A DNA stretch of 64,000 bases from Actinomycetota bacterium (GTDB taxonomy: Bacteria; Actinomycetota; Actinomycetes; S36-B12). The stretch is from positions 11,813-75,812 of the forward strand of contig JAPOKX010000001.1 in NCBI GenBank assembly GCA_029977425.1, in the 5' to 3' direction. The position numbers and the translations under genes are program-made. Below the pieces are notes generated by a model. The model saw nothing but the letters and a program-made list of their open reading frames with translations, did not search any database and was not told where the DNA came from. Shown one piece after another: positions 10,618-20,760 of this stretch (positions are counted from its first letter, which is position 1; the number at the start of each line of letters is the position of its first letter).

Positions 10618-11988
10618 GTGGACCGGCGCATCTACGGGATCGAGACGGAGTACGGCATCACGTGCACCTTCCGTGGCCAGCGTCGGCTCAGCCCCGACGA
10701 GGTGGCGCGGTACCTCTTCAGGCGAGTCGTCTCCTGGGGGCGCAGCAGCAATGTCTTCCTGCGCAACGGATCGCGGCTCTACCTCGACGTAGGAAGCCAC
10801 CCGGAGTACGCGACCGCTGAGTGCGACGACGTGGTCCAGCTGATCACGCACGACCGGGCGGGGGAGCGCATCCTGGAGGGCCTGCTCGTGGATGCGGAGA
10901 AGCGCCTGCATGACGAAGGGATCGCCGGAGACGTCTACCTCTTCAAGAACAACACGGACAGTGCCGGCAACTCCTACGGCTGTCACGAGAACTACCTCGT
11001 CGCACGCCATGGCGAGTTCCAGAGGCTCGCGGACTCGATCCTGCCCTTCCTCGTCTCGCGCCAGGTGATCTGCGGCGCCGGCAAGGTGCAGCAGACGCCG
11101 CGAGGCGCGGTGTACTGCATCAGCCAGCGGGCCGACCACATCTGGGAAGGCGTGTCCAGCGCCACCACGCGCAGTCGGCCGATCATCAACACGCGTGACG
11201 AGCCCCATGCCGATGCGGAGCGCTACCGCCGACTGCACGTGATCGTGGGCGACTCGAACATGAGCGAGACGACGACGCTGCTCAAGGTGGCGTCAGCTGA
11301 TCTCGTGCTGCGGATGCTCGAGTCGGGTGTGGTCCTCCGCGATCTGAGTCTCGAGAATCCCATTCGCGCGATTCGCGAGATCAGTCATGACCCGAGCGGC
11401 CAGCGGACCGTGCGCCTGGCCAATGGCAGGGAGCTCACCGGGCTGCAGATCCAATCGGAGTACTACGAGAAGGCCCGCGACTTCGCGGACAGGCAGGGCC
11501 TGGCGGATGACCCGGACGGGGTGCACGCACGCTGCCTCGACCTGTGGGAGCGCACACTCAAGGCGGTGGAGACACAGGATCTCTCGGGGATCCAGGAGGA
11601 GATCGACTGGGTGATCAAGATGACCCTCATCGATCGCTACATGGCCAAGCACGGTCTCACGCTCTCCGATCCCCGCGTCGCGCAGCTCGACCTCGCGTAC
11701 CACGACGTCACCCGCTCGCGGGGCCTCTTCTACCTCCTGGAGCGCCACGGCAAGGCCGCCCGCGTCACGCACGAGCCGGCCGTATTCGAGGCGAAGTCGA
11801 TTCCCCCGCAGACGACCCGTGCACGACTGCGGGGCGAGTTCATCCGGAGAGCCCAGGAGCGCAAGCGGGACTTCACCGTCGACTGGGTGCACCTCAAGCT
11901 CAACGACCAGGCCCAGCGGACCGTCCTCTGCAAGGACCCGTTCGCCAGCGTCGACGAGCGTGTCGAGAAGCTCATCGCGAGCATGTGA
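10618..11988 (+). CDS. pafA: Pup-protein ligase PafA
   Basis: 456 aa. A Dop paralog carrying [27 protein letters not shown] and RRLHVIVGD. Confidence 0.95.
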   Translation: MDRRIYGIETEYGITCTFRGQRRLSPDEVARYLFRRVVSWGRSSNVFLRNGSRLYLDVGSHPEYATAECDDVVQLITHDRAGERILEGLLVDAEKRLHDEGIAGDVYLFKNNTDSAGNSYGCHENYLVARHGEFQRLADSILPFLVSRQVICGAGKVQQTPRGAVYCISQRADHIWEGVSSATTRSRPIINTRDEPHADAERYRRLHVIVGDSNMSETTTLLKVASADLVLRMLESGVVLRDLSLENPIRAIREISHDPSGQRTVRLANGRELTGLQIQSEYYEKARDFADRQGLADDPDGVHARCLDLWERTLKAVETQDLSGIQEEIDWVIKMTLIDRYMAKHGLTLSDPRVAQLDLAYHDVTRSRGLFYLLERHGKAARVTHEPAVFEAKSIPPQTTRARLRGEFIRRAQERKRDFTVDWVHLKLNDQAQRTVLCKDPFASVDERVEKLIASM

Positions 11989-12014
11989 GCGTGGCGACGA
12001 CTAGGGTGTCGCGC

Positions 12015-12617
12015 ATGAGAATCGCGCCCATCGTCATATCCGCCGCCCTCGCCTCTGCTGCCTTGGCCGGATGCGGCTCGGGCGGTTCCAGTGCTCCCTC
12101 GACCTCCTCCGCGGCTTCATCATCGGCCGCCCCTGTGGACGGACCGTGGGCCACGAGCGACTGCTCGATGATCGCGCCTCCCGTGACCGGTGCGGGTGCC
12201 CCCGAGGGCTCAGTGGTCGAGGGTGAGGTGGCCACGACGACCGATGTCGCGACGGCGCCTGTGGTCGCGGTGCTCGAGGGCGCGGTGCCGGTCACCAGCC
12301 TGGTGATCTCCGATGTGGTTGCGGGCTCGGGCAGCGCCGTGGCCGAGGGCGCGACGGTGACGGTCGAATACTGCGGAGTGGGGCTGGCGTCAGGTGCGCT
12401 CTTTGACTCATCCTGGGCCCGGGGCGAGCCCGCGACCTTCCCGCTCTCGGGCGTCATCGCGGGCTGGCAGGAGGGCATCCCGGGCATGCAGCCGGGGGGT
12501 CGGCGCCTCCTCGTGATTCCGGCTGACCTGGCCTACGGCGAGCAGCCGCCTCCCGGGTCAGGCATCGCGCCGGGAGAGTCCCTGGTCTTCGTCGTCGACC
12601 TGGTGTCCAGCCCGTAG
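12015..12617 (+). CDS. FKBP-type peptidyl-prolyl isomerase, lipoprotein
   Basis: The start was trimmed to the ATG at 12015. The signal peptide ends in the lipobox LAGC and is followed by an Ala/Ser-rich linker. The C-terminal FKBP core reads FDSSWARGEPATFPLSGVIAGWQEGIPGM. Confidence 0.8.
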   Translation: MRIAPIVISAALASAALAGCGSGGSSAPSTSSAASSSAAPVDGPWATSDCSMIAPPVTGAGAPEGSVVEGEVATTTDVATAPVVAVLEGAVPVTSLVISDVVAGSGSAVAEGATVTVEYCGVGLASGALFDSSWARGEPATFPLSGVIAGWQEGIPGMQPGGRRLLVIPADLAYGEQPPPGSGIAPGESLVFVVDLVSSP

Positions 12618-12682
12618 CATCGCCGTCGCAGAGCGTTCGTCCTAGCCCCGTTCCCACGATCGCCCCCAGGCGAGGAGGTCCC

Positions 12683-13042
12683 GTGTCCGAGAAGCCCGAG
12701 ATCGAGTTCATCGAAGGTCCGCCGCCGGCGGAGCTCGTCATCACCGATCTCGTGGTGGGCGACGGGGCCGAGGCCACCCCAGGGGCTCAGGTGCTCGTGC
12801 ACTACGTCGGCGTCGACTTCGAGACCGGCGAGCAGTTCGACGCGTCGTGGGACCGGGGCGAGCCCATCCGCTTCCCGTTGGCGGGCCTCATCGCGGGCTG
12901 GCAGGACGGCATTCCCGGCATGCGCGTAGGCGGTCGTCGGCAGCTCGTCATCCCACCCGCGCTTGCCTACGGCGAGTCCGGCGGCCATCGTCTCGCCGGT
13001 CGCACCCTGGTCTTCGTGATCGACCTCCTCGCCGTGGGCTGA
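12683..13042 (+). CDS. FKBP-type peptidyl-prolyl isomerase (cytosolic)
   Basis: 119 aa. The FKBP core FDASWDRGEPIRFPLAGLIAGWQDGIPGM marks it as a paralog of the upstream gene. Confidence 0.9.
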   Translation: MSEKPEIEFIEGPPPAELVITDLVVGDGAEATPGAQVLVHYVGVDFETGEQFDASWDRGEPIRFPLAGLIAGWQDGIPGMRVGGRRQLVIPPALAYGESGGHRLAGRTLVFVIDLLAVG

Positions 13043-13049
13043 GCACTCC

Positions 13050-13985
13050 ATGGCGACCGATCGCACGGAGCGCCTGCTCAACCTGGTGATCTGCCTCCTC
13101 GGTGCGCGACGGCCCGTCAGCCGTGCGGCCCTCCGCGAGGGCATTCCCGGCTACGGGGATGCCGCGAGCGACGAGTCCTTCGAGCGGATGTTCGAGAGGG
13201 ACAAGGAAGAGCTGCGCCAGATGGGTATCCCCGTCGAGACCGTCGTCAACGTCCAGGGTGAAGTCGAGGGCTACCTCATCGATGAGGCCACCTACGCCAT
13301 GCCCGCGATCGACTTCGACGCGGCGGAGCGAGCCGTGCTCGGCCTCGCCGCGCGCGCGTGGAGCGAAGCGGCCTTGGCAGCGGAGGCGGGTGCGGCCTTG
13401 AGGAAGATCGAGGCGGCGACGGGGGAGAGGTGGTCCCCGCTCATCCCCGGGGGACCGGCCGCGGGCGAGGAGGCCCTGCCCGTGATCTGGGAGGCCATCC
13501 GCTCGCGCAGCGTCGTGCGCTTCGACTACCTCGCGCGCGGACGCGAGTCGGTCGAGGAGCGCGTCGTCGAGCCATGGGCCACCGCGTACCGCGAGGGCGC
13601 TTGGTACCTCGTGGGACGCAGTCGTGAGCGAGGTGCGGGTCGAGCCTTCCGCCTGTCGCGCATCCAGGGTGCGGTGTCGCGCCTACGAGAGCAATGCGCC
13701 CCTGCCGAGCGCACGGAGGTCCAGCGCCTTCTCGACGAGTTGGTCGAGCCCGAGACACGCGGGACAGCACGCGTGCTTCTGCCGGAGAGCGGTGCGGCGC
13801 GTCTGAGGGGCGAAGCACGGTCGCTGGGCGACGGGACGTGGGAGGTCGACTTCACTGAGATGGCGATCCTGGTGGCGGACGTGATCGAGTCTGGTGGCAC
13901 CATCATCGACCCTAAGGCAGCAGCACGGATGCAGCGTGAGGCCCTGGCCGCCGTAGTCGAGCATCACGGCGGCGCACATGCGTGA
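13050..13985 (+). CDS. pafB: HTH/WYL-domain transcription regulator PafB
   Basis: 311 aa. It has an N-terminal wHTH (TERLLNLVICLL) and WYL-type middle region. It overlaps the next paralogous gene by 8 nt and lies downstream of pafA. Confidence 0.85.
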   Translation: MATDRTERLLNLVICLLGARRPVSRAALREGIPGYGDAASDESFERMFERDKEELRQMGIPVETVVNVQGEVEGYLIDEATYAMPAIDFDAAERAVLGLAARAWSEAALAAEAGAALRKIEAATGERWSPLIPGGPAAGEEALPVIWEAIRSRSVVRFDYLARGRESVEERVVEPWATAYREGAWYLVGRSRERGAGRAFRLSRIQGAVSRLREQCAPAERTEVQRLLDELVEPETRGTARVLLPESGAARLRGEARSLGDGTWEVDFTEMAILVADVIESGGTIIDPKAAARMQREALAAVVEHHGGAHA

Positions 13986-14910
13986 GACCGCGGCGGCTCG
14001 GCTCTCGCGCCTCCTCGCGCTCGTGCCCTGGCTCGAGCAGCATCCAGGTGTGTCAATCACCGATGCCGCGGCTCACTTCGGCGTGAAGCCAGAGGAACTT
14101 GAGCAGGACCTGTGGCTCACCATCTGCTGCGGACTGCCGGGCCACGGCCCTGATCAGCTGATCGACATCCAGTTCTGGGACGAGGACGGCAGCATCCATG
14201 TCATCGATGCGCAGACGCTGGACCGGCCCCTGCGCCTGAGCCCTGCGGAGGCCATGTCACTCCTCGTGGGCCTGCGCCTGCTTGCCCAGGTCCCCGGCGA
14301 TCATGACCGCGCTGCGCTGGCGAGTGCCACGGCCAAGTTGGAGGCGGCCGCAGACGTAGCTCAGGGCGCAGCAATCGTGCTCGAGGATTCGCTCGAAGGG
14401 ACGGTGACAGCCCTCACGCGCGCAATCTCCGAGGCGCGGCCCGTGCGCGTCGTCTACGCAGGCGCGAGTCGTGATGAGGTGACCGAACGCATCGTCGAAC
14501 CCACCGAGATCGTGCGGCATGGAGGCCGTTCCTACCTGGCGGCATGGTGCCGTGAGGCAGGCGCCCAGCGGACATTCCGGCTCGACCGCATGCGCTCCGT
14601 GGAGGTGCTCGACGAGACGCTCCCGGCGCGGACGGCAACGACCGCCGATCGGCCGACGGTGGCCCCGACTGAGGGCGTCAGCGTGCGGGTGAGGGTCTGG
14701 CCGAGATCTCGCTGGATCCTGGAGGCCTTCGATGCGGGCGGAGTCGTCGACGACGGAGCCCTTCGGGAGGCGACCCTGGTCGTCGCCGATCCCGCCTGGC
14801 TCGTGAGGCTCGTCATGGGCCAGGCCGGAGGGATGGAAGTCCTCGAGCCCCCCGAGGTGCGGGCCCAGTTGCACGATGCGGCCCTGTCCGCGCTCGAGCG
14901 TCTGCCCTAG
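13978..14910 (+). CDS. pafC: HTH/WYL-domain transcription regulator PafC
   Basis: 310 aa. A paralog of PafB with N-terminus RLSRLLALVPWL and the WYL-like motif RSYLAAWC. Confidence 0.85.
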   Translation: MRETAAARLSRLLALVPWLEQHPGVSITDAAAHFGVKPEELEQDLWLTICCGLPGHGPDQLIDIQFWDEDGSIHVIDAQTLDRPLRLSPAEAMSLLVGLRLLAQVPGDHDRAALASATAKLEAAADVAQGAAIVLEDSLEGTVTALTRAISEARPVRVVYAGASRDEVTERIVEPTEIVRHGGRSYLAAWCREAGAQRTFRLDRMRSVEVLDETLPARTATTADRPTVAPTEGVSVRVRVWPRSRWILEAFDAGGVVDDGALREATLVVADPAWLVRLVMGQAGGMEVLEPPEVRAQLHDAALSALERLP

Positions 14911-14998
14911 GCCCTGGATCGGCCGCTCAACCCCGATGCCGGGTGCGGGGCGCCCCAGGGGGGTTACCATGGCTGAACGCGCGACGAAAGGTGCTGCG

Positions 14999-15277
14999 AT
15001 GCCGTTCAACCTCAGGGGACCTGAGCTCCTCGTTCTCGTCCTCATCATCCTGCTCCTCTTCGGCGCCAAGCGCCTTCCCGATGTCGCCCGCGGACTAGGT
15101 CGCTCCCTGCGCATCTTCAAGGCGGAGACCAAGGACCTCCAGGGTGCCGACGCGCCCGAGGCGACGGACGCGCCTGCCGCGGTCGAGGGCGGGGCCACCC
15201 AGGCGACGCTGCCGCCGGCGCCCGCTGCGGACGCCGCCGCTCCTGCCAAGCCCCAGGCCGAGCGCGCCGAGAGCTGA
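14999..15277 (+). CDS. tatA: Sec-independent translocase TatA
   Basis: MPFNLRGPELLVLVLIILLLFGAKRLPDVARGLGRSLRIFKAE. AAAGG lies 8 nt upstream. An alternative ATG is at 14969. Confidence 0.85.
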   Translation: MPFNLRGPELLVLVLIILLLFGAKRLPDVARGLGRSLRIFKAETKDLQGADAPEATDAPAAVEGGATQATLPPAPAADAAAPAKPQAERAES

Positions 15278-15280
15278 TTC

Positions 15281-16141
15281 GTGGCCGCCCCGCCGGAGAC
15301 GAGCGCGCGGCGCCGGCGTCAGGGCACCGGCGGCGATGCGTCGATGCCGCTGGTCGAGCACCTGCGGGAGCTGAGGAGCCGGCTGGTCAAGGCGTCACTG
15401 GCGATCATCGCTGGGATGGTCGTCGGGTGGATCTACTACGACGCGATCTTCGCGTGGCTCTCGGCGCCCTTCAATGCCGTCGTCGAGCAGGCACGTGCCG
15501 AGGGCCGCGACATCACCCTGGCACTCACCGGAGTGGCGGATCCATTCGTGCTCCAGCTCCAGATCTCCGCGGTCACGGGGCTCCTGCTGTCGTCTCCGGT
15601 CTGGCTCTACCAGCTCTGGCGTTTCGTCACACCAGGCTTGCGCCGGCACGAGCGCCGCTGGGCCATCGGCTTCGTGGTGGTGGCGGTGCCACTCTTCGCA
15701 GCGGGAGTCATGCTCGCCTACGTGGTTCTGCCCTACGGTCTCGAGCTGCTCTTCGGGTTCACGCCACAGAACGTCGAGAACATCGTCGCCGTCGATCGAT
15801 ACCTGTCCTTCTTCATCCGGATGGTCATCGTCTTCGGGGTGGGCTTCCTGGCGCCGCTCATGCTGGTCCTGCTCAACTTCGCCGGGGTCCTCACCGGCAA
15901 GAGGCTGCTGTCCTGGTGGCGTTGGATCATCTTCGTCGTCTTCATCTTCGCCGCCGTCGCGACGCCGACGGGTGACCCGATCAACATGCTCCTGCTCGCA
16001 GGTCCGATCCTCGTCCTGATGACGATTGCCATCGGGATCTGCCTTGCCAATGACAAGCGGCGCGCGCGCAAGGGCGAGCCGGCATACGACGAATGGGATG
16101 ACGACGCGGCCTCGCCACTCGAGCCAGCGGACCAGGAATAG
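15281..16141 (+). CDS. tatC: Sec-independent translocase TatC
   Basis: 286 aa with a GTG start. Carries the MPLVEHLRELRSRL motif and six predicted TM segments. Confidence 0.9.
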   Translation: MAAPPETSARRRRQGTGGDASMPLVEHLRELRSRLVKASLAIIAGMVVGWIYYDAIFAWLSAPFNAVVEQARAEGRDITLALTGVADPFVLQLQISAVTGLLLSSPVWLYQLWRFVTPGLRRHERRWAIGFVVVAVPLFAAGVMLAYVVLPYGLELLFGFTPQNVENIVAVDRYLSFFIRMVIVFGVGFLAPLMLVLLNFAGVLTGKRLLSWWRWIIFVVFIFAAVATPTGDPINMLLLAGPILVLMTIAIGICLANDKRRARKGEPAYDEWDDDAASPLEPADQE

Positions 16142-16147
16142 ACGCCG

Positions 16148-17044
16148 GTGACGCTCACGCTCGTGGCGAACCCCTCCTCGGGCCGGGGCCGGGTGGCGCG
16201 ACTGCTTCCCGACATCCGGGCGGCATTGGCGGCCGAGGGCATCGACGTCAGGATCGCGGTCTCCCGCGACGCAGAGGATCTCCGCCACACCGTGAGACGC
16301 GCTCGGGACGCGGGTGATCCTCGCGTCATCGTCTGCGGGGGAGACGGCACGTTGCACCTCGCCGCACAGGAGCTCGCCGGCGGCGACACTGCCCTGGCCA
16401 TCGTCCCGGCCGGCACCGGAGACGACAACGCCCGGACCCTGGGGATCCCGAGAGGCGATGTCGTGGCCGCGACCCGACTCGCGGCCACGGGTCCGGTGTC
16501 GCGCATCGACCTCGGACGCGTGGTGGTCGCAGACGGCACGGAGCGCGTGTTCCTGGGGGTGCTCTCCTCCGGCTTCGACTCACTCGTCAACGAGCGCGCC
16601 AACGTGATGACCTGGCCGAACGGCAATGCGCGCTACGTCGTCGCGATCCTCGGCGAACTGCGCACCTTCCGTCCCGTGCCCTATCGGGCGCTCCTGGATG
16701 GAAGGGCTGTTGAGGGGGAAGCCATGCTCGTCGCGGTCGGCAACGGGGTCTCCTACGGCGGCGGCATGCGCGTGTGCCCCGACGCCACGCCCGACGATGG
16801 CATGCTCGACGTCACCTGGCTCCATGGCGTGAGCAAGGCGACGTTCCTGCGCGTCTTCCCCCAGGTCTTCAGCGGTAGTCATACTCGATCACCGCACGTC
16901 TCCACGACCCGAGCGGCCTCCATCGAGCTCGATGCGCCCGGACAACTCGCCTATGCGGACGGCGAGCGGGTCGGTCCGCTGCCCGCGACCATCACGGTCG
17001 ACCCCGCCGCACTGCCTGTCGTGCGCGGCGTGCCGGGCGCGTAG
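16148..17044 (+). CDS. Diacylglycerol kinase-family lipid kinase (YegS/Rv2252 type)
   Basis: 298 aa. Carries VANPSSGRG and the GGDGT motif (CGGDGTLH). Confidence 0.85.
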   Translation: MTLTLVANPSSGRGRVARLLPDIRAALAAEGIDVRIAVSRDAEDLRHTVRRARDAGDPRVIVCGGDGTLHLAAQELAGGDTALAIVPAGTGDDNARTLGIPRGDVVAATRLAATGPVSRIDLGRVVVADGTERVFLGVLSSGFDSLVNERANVMTWPNGNARYVVAILGELRTFRPVPYRALLDGRAVEGEAMLVAVGNGVSYGGGMRVCPDATPDDGMLDVTWLHGVSKATFLRVFPQVFSGSHTRSPHVSTTRAASIELDAPGQLAYADGERVGPLPATITVDPAALPVVRGVPGA

Positions 17045-17053
17045 CCTGTCGGG

Positions 17054-19765
17054 GTGTCCCGACCGAGGTCCGAGCCGGCCCCGGCCGAACGCCACGCAGC
17101 GTCACGCGCGCGGGCCCTGCTGGGCGATTTCCCCGACCTCTATCCCTTCGGCCTCGACGACTTCCAGCGCGAGGGCTGCCTCGCCCTGGCGCGCGGCCAC
17201 AGCGTGCTCGTCGCGGCCCCGACCGGAGCCGGCAAGACCGTCGTGGGGGAGTTCGCCGTGCACGAGGCCCTGCGCACCGGTCGCAAGTGCTTCTACACCA
17301 CCCCGATCAAGGCCCTGTCGAACCAGAAGTTCCACGATCTCGCGGAGCGGTACGGCCCGGATCGGGTGGGGCTGCTCACCGGCGACAACTCGATCAACAG
17401 CGAGGCGCCCATCGTCGTCATGACCACTGAGGTGCTCCGCAACATGCTCTACGCGGACTCCTCGACGCTCGACCAGCTCGGGTTCGTCGTGATGGACGAG
17501 GTGCACTATCTGGCCGATCGCTTCCGGGGGCCGGTCTGGGAAGAGGTGATCATCCTCCTGCCCGAGGGGGTCCTGCTCGCGGCCCTCTCTGCGACGGTGA
17601 GCAACGCGGAGGAGTTCGGCGAATGGCTGGGCACCGTGCGGGGCGCGACCGACGTCATCGTGGATGAGCACCGGCCCGTCCCGCTGTGGCAGCAGGTCAT
17701 GGTGGGGGAGCGCCTGCTCGACCTCTTCGTCGACGAGGCTCACCATCGCGTCAACCCCGAGCTGCTGCGGATCGCGAAGGAGTCGACGCGCTGGCCCGAG
17801 CAGCGCCGTCGTGGGCGGCGCCCCTCGAGGGACCGGCTCACCCCGTGGCGCACCGACGTCGTCACCGAGCTCCACGACGATCACCTCCTGCCGGGGATCA
17901 CCTTTATCTTCAGCCGCGCCGGATGCGACGCGGCGGTCCAGCAGTGCCTGTCGGCAGGACTCACGCTCACCTCGCCCGAGGAGCGCCGGGAGATCGAGGC
18001 CACGGTGGAGTCACGGACAGCGGACCTTCCCCACGAGGACCTTGGCGTCCTGGGATTCGACACCTGGCGCGAGGGGCTGCGACGGGGCATCGCCGCGCAC
18101 CACGCAGGCCTCCTGCCGTTGTTCAAGGAGGTCGTTGAGGACCTCTTTCAGCGTGGCCTGGTCAAGATGGTCTTTGCCACCGAGACCCTCGCGTTGGGCA
18201 TCAACATGCCGGCGCGCACCGTGGTCCTCGAGCGTCTCGTGAAGTGGAATGGCGAGAATCACGTCGACATCACGCCAGGTGAGTACACGCAGCTCACCGG
18301 TCGTGCCGGTCGTCGGGGAATCGACGTCGAAGGACACGCGGTCGTCGTGTGGCATCCCGGACTGGACCCCCAGGCACTTGCCGGCCTGGCATCCACCCGC
18401 ACCTATCCGCTGCGTTCGAGCTTCCGTCCGTCCTACAACATGGCCGTGAGCCTCATCAAGCGCATGGGCCGCACGCTCGCACGAGACATCCTGGAGACCT
18501 CCTTCGCCCAATTCCAGGCCGACCGGGGTGTGGTGGCGCTCGCGGCCCAGGTGAGGCGCAACGAGGAAGCCCTCGAGGGATACCGCGAGGCCATGCAGTG
18601 CCACCTGGGCGACTTCGAGGAGTACGCCGCCCTGCGCCGGGAATTGAGCGACGTTGAGCGCGGAGCAGCCAAGGCACGCGGCCAGCGCGACCGCCAGGCG
18701 ATCGAGGAGTCCCTGCGTGCCCTGCGCCCGGGCGATGTCATCGCGTTGCCTTCGGGCCGCCGAGTGTCGCCCGCCGTGGTCGTCGCAGTCGACGACGCCG
18801 GACTCGGCGCACCACCGCGCATCACGCTCGTCACGCTCGACCGCCAGGTCCGTCGGCTCGGCGCAGGCGAGGTGCATGCCGCCCCGCCCGTGGTCGGGCG
18901 GCTTCGGGTCCCCAAGGGGTTCTCCGCGCGGTCGGCGACGGAGCGCAAGGTGCTCGCCGAACGCCTGCGCGAGTACGTTGACGACGCGGCAAGCGCGCGA
19001 CCGTCGCGGAAGGCGCGCGCGGAGGAAGCGGACGAGGCCAGCGAGATCCGCCGGCGGATGCGCCAGCATCCCTGTCATGGCTGCGCGGAGCGGGAGGCGC
19101 ATGCGCGCTGGGCCGAGCGCTACTACCGTCTTGCCCGGGAGACCGAGTCACTGCAGCGGCGCGTGGACTCGCGCACGACGAGCGTCGCGCGTCAGTTCGA
19201 CCGGATCTGCGACCTGCTCCTCGAGACCGGCTATCTCGCCGGTGCACCCGAGGCACCGGAGGTCACGGACCGCGGTGACCTGCTTGCGGGGATCTACTCC
19301 GATGCCGATCTCCTGGTGGCGCAGGCGATCACCGAGGGCATGTGGGAGGGCCTGGGCCCCCCGGAGCTGGCCGCGATGGCGGGTGCGGTGGTCTACGAGG
19401 GTCGCCAGCGCGAGGACAGTCCCCGGCTTCCCAGAGGGCGCGTGCGCGAGGCTGCGATCGCCCTCTCCGACCTCGCCCGAGAGCTGGCCGAAGTCGAGTC
19501 TCGATTCGGCGTGCCGACCACGCGAGACCTTGACCTGGGCTTCGTCTGGCCCGTGCACGCGTGGGCACAGGGAGGCCGCCTCGCCACGATACTTGCGGAG
19601 TCCGAGATGGCCGCGGGCGACTTCGTCCGCTGGTGCCGACAAACGATCGATCTGCTCGACCAGATCCGTGAGGCCGCGCCGCGTGAGCATCCACTGCACG
19701 GCAATGCCCGACGCGCGCGGGACCTCATCGACCGCGGAATCGTGTCCTACTCCGCGACTGCCTGA
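17054..19765 (+). CDS. helY: Ski2-like DEAD/DEAH-box RNA helicase HelY
   Basis: 903 aa. Carries AAPTGAGKT, the DEVH box (MDEVHYL) and SAT, with a long C-terminal Ski2/DSHCT-like region. Rv2092c-like position after tatC. Confidence 0.9.
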   Translation: MSRPRSEPAPAERHAASRARALLGDFPDLYPFGLDDFQREGCLALARGHSVLVAAPTGAGKTVVGEFAVHEALRTGRKCFYTTPIKALSNQKFHDLAERYGPDRVGLLTGDNSINSEAPIVVMTTEVLRNMLYADSSTLDQLGFVVMDEVHYLADRFRGPVWEEVIILLPEGVLLAALSATVSNAEEFGEWLGTVRGATDVIVDEHRPVPLWQQVMVGERLLDLFVDEAHHRVNPELLRIAKESTRWPEQRRRGRRPSRDRLTPWRTDVVTELHDDHLLPGITFIFSRAGCDAAVQQCLSAGLTLTSPEERREIEATVESRTADLPHEDLGVLGFDTWREGLRRGIAAHHAGLLPLFKEVVEDLFQRGLVKMVFATETLALGINMPARTVVLERLVKWNGENHVDITPGEYTQLTGRAGRRGIDVEGHAVVVWHPGLDPQALAGLASTRTYPLRSSFRPSYNMAVSLIKRMGRTLARDILETSFAQFQADRGVVALAAQVRRNEEALEGYREAMQCHLGDFEEYAALRRELSDVERGAAKARGQRDRQAIEESLRALRPGDVIALPSGRRVSPAVVVAVDDAGLGAPPRITLVTLDRQVRRLGAGEVHAAPPVVGRLRVPKGFSARSATERKVLAERLREYVDDAASARPSRKARAEEADEASEIRRRMRQHPCHGCAEREAHARWAERYYRLARETESLQRRVDSRTTSVARQFDRICDLLLETGYLAGAPEAPEVTDRGDLLAGIYSDADLLVAQAITEGMWEGLGPPELAAMAGAVVYEGRQREDSPRLPRGRVREAAIALSDLARELAEVESRFGVPTTRDLDLGFVWPVHAWAQGGRLATILAESEMAAGDFVRWCRQTIDLLDQIREAAPREHPLHGNARRARDLIDRGIVSYSATA

Positions 19766-20706
19766 AGGGCGGCGACCAGGCGCCGCGCAGGTGCCTGGAC
19801 ACCCCAGGTCTCGGCCAACGCCATGCCGTCGTCGAGCGAGGGCGGCATCTCCCACGACAGCGCGCTGCGTCCCGGCCTGGGGGAGAGGCGCACCACGCGC
19901 TCGGCGTCGAGCAGGTGCTCATGGGCGTCCAGGAGTCGCTGGCGCACCGCCGGGGTCATCGGCTTTCCCGTCGACGCATCCTGTGCCGCCGCAAGGATGG
20001 CGTGCAGGTCGCCGTACGCCATCACGAGCGCCTGCGCGGTCTTGTCCCCGATGCCCCGTGCGCCGGGGAGTCCGTCGGACGGGTCACCGCGGAGGATGGC
20101 CAGGTCGGCGTACTGGGTCGACGCCACGCCGAATCTCTCGGCGGCAGATGCAGGATCGATCGTCACCCAGGGCTTGCCTCCGCGACTTGCGGAGCTTCCG
20201 CCCGTGAAGAGAAGCGTCACGCGGTCATCCACCAGCTGGACGAGGTCACGGTCCCCGGAGGCGATGTCGACGGGGCCAGGGAGCTCTGCGCTCAGATCGG
20301 CGATCACGTCGTCGGCCTCGGCCTCGGGCGCGCCCACCACGGGAACGCCGAGGGCGGGCAGGATCTCGCGTAGGAGGTCGACCTGCGGTGAGAGGGTGTC
20401 GGGCACGTCCTCGAGGACCTCGCCTGCGTCGACAGCGAGTGTCGATGCGTCGTCCGCCACTCGATGGGTCTTGTAGGAGGGGATGAGATCCACGCGCCAC
20501 TGGGGGCGCCAGTCGTCATCCCAGCAGGCGACCACGCGTGAGCTGCCGCGCGCGGAGACCATCGCGGCCACGGTGTCGAGAACGCCGCGCACCGCGTTGA
20601 CCGGCGTCCCATCGGGAGCGACGAGCGTCTCGGGGAGGGCGAAGTAGGAGCGGTAGTACAGCGACGCGGTGTCGAGGAGCAGAGCGGGTGCGGGCGAAGC
20701 GGGCAC
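19747..20706 (-). CDS. 5'-3' exonuclease (FEN/Pol I N-terminal domain family)
   Basis: This is the C-terminal 319 codons of ORF 19747..21204. The start is set at the GTG at 20706 (VPASPAPALLLDTASLYYRSYFALP). It has an H3TH GIGDKTA motif. The longer ORF would overlap the divergent peptidase gene. Confidence 0.75.
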   Translation of the reverse strand: MPASPAPALLLDTASLYYRSYFALPETLVAPDGTPVNAVRGVLDTVAAMVSARGSSRVVACWDDDWRPQWRVDLIPSYKTHRVADDASTLAVDAGEVLEDVPDTLSPQVDLLREILPALGVPVVGAPEAEADDVIADLSAELPGPVDIASGDRDLVQLVDDRVTLLFTGGSSASRGGKPWVTIDPASAAERFGVASTQYADLAILRGDPSDGLPGARGIGDKTAQALVMAYGDLHAILAAAQDASTGKPMTPAVRQRLLDAHEHLLDAERVVRLSPRPGRSALSWEMPPSLDDGMALAETWGVQAPARRLVAALQAVAE

Positions 20707-20760
20707 AGGCCATGGTCCCGCGACCCGCGTCCGGCGGCGTCCCGGGGTAGCGTTCCTCCT

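Noticed and set aside
7248-11988. Repeated protein and DNA motifs between 7248..8762 and 10618..11988 as a possible recent duplication or mobile repeat
   Set aside because: These are the ancient paralogs Dop and PafA, which share GIETEYG, GCHENYL and [13 protein letters not shown]. The similarity is at motif level only, not a recent repeat.
20755-20760. A perfect AGGAGG on the minus strand abutting the peptidase ATG, as a possible Shine-Dalgarno for a longer exonuclease gene
   Set aside because: No ATG, GTG, TTG or CTG lies in frame or at all within 5-12 nt downstream of it on the minus strand. It is most likely fortuitous.
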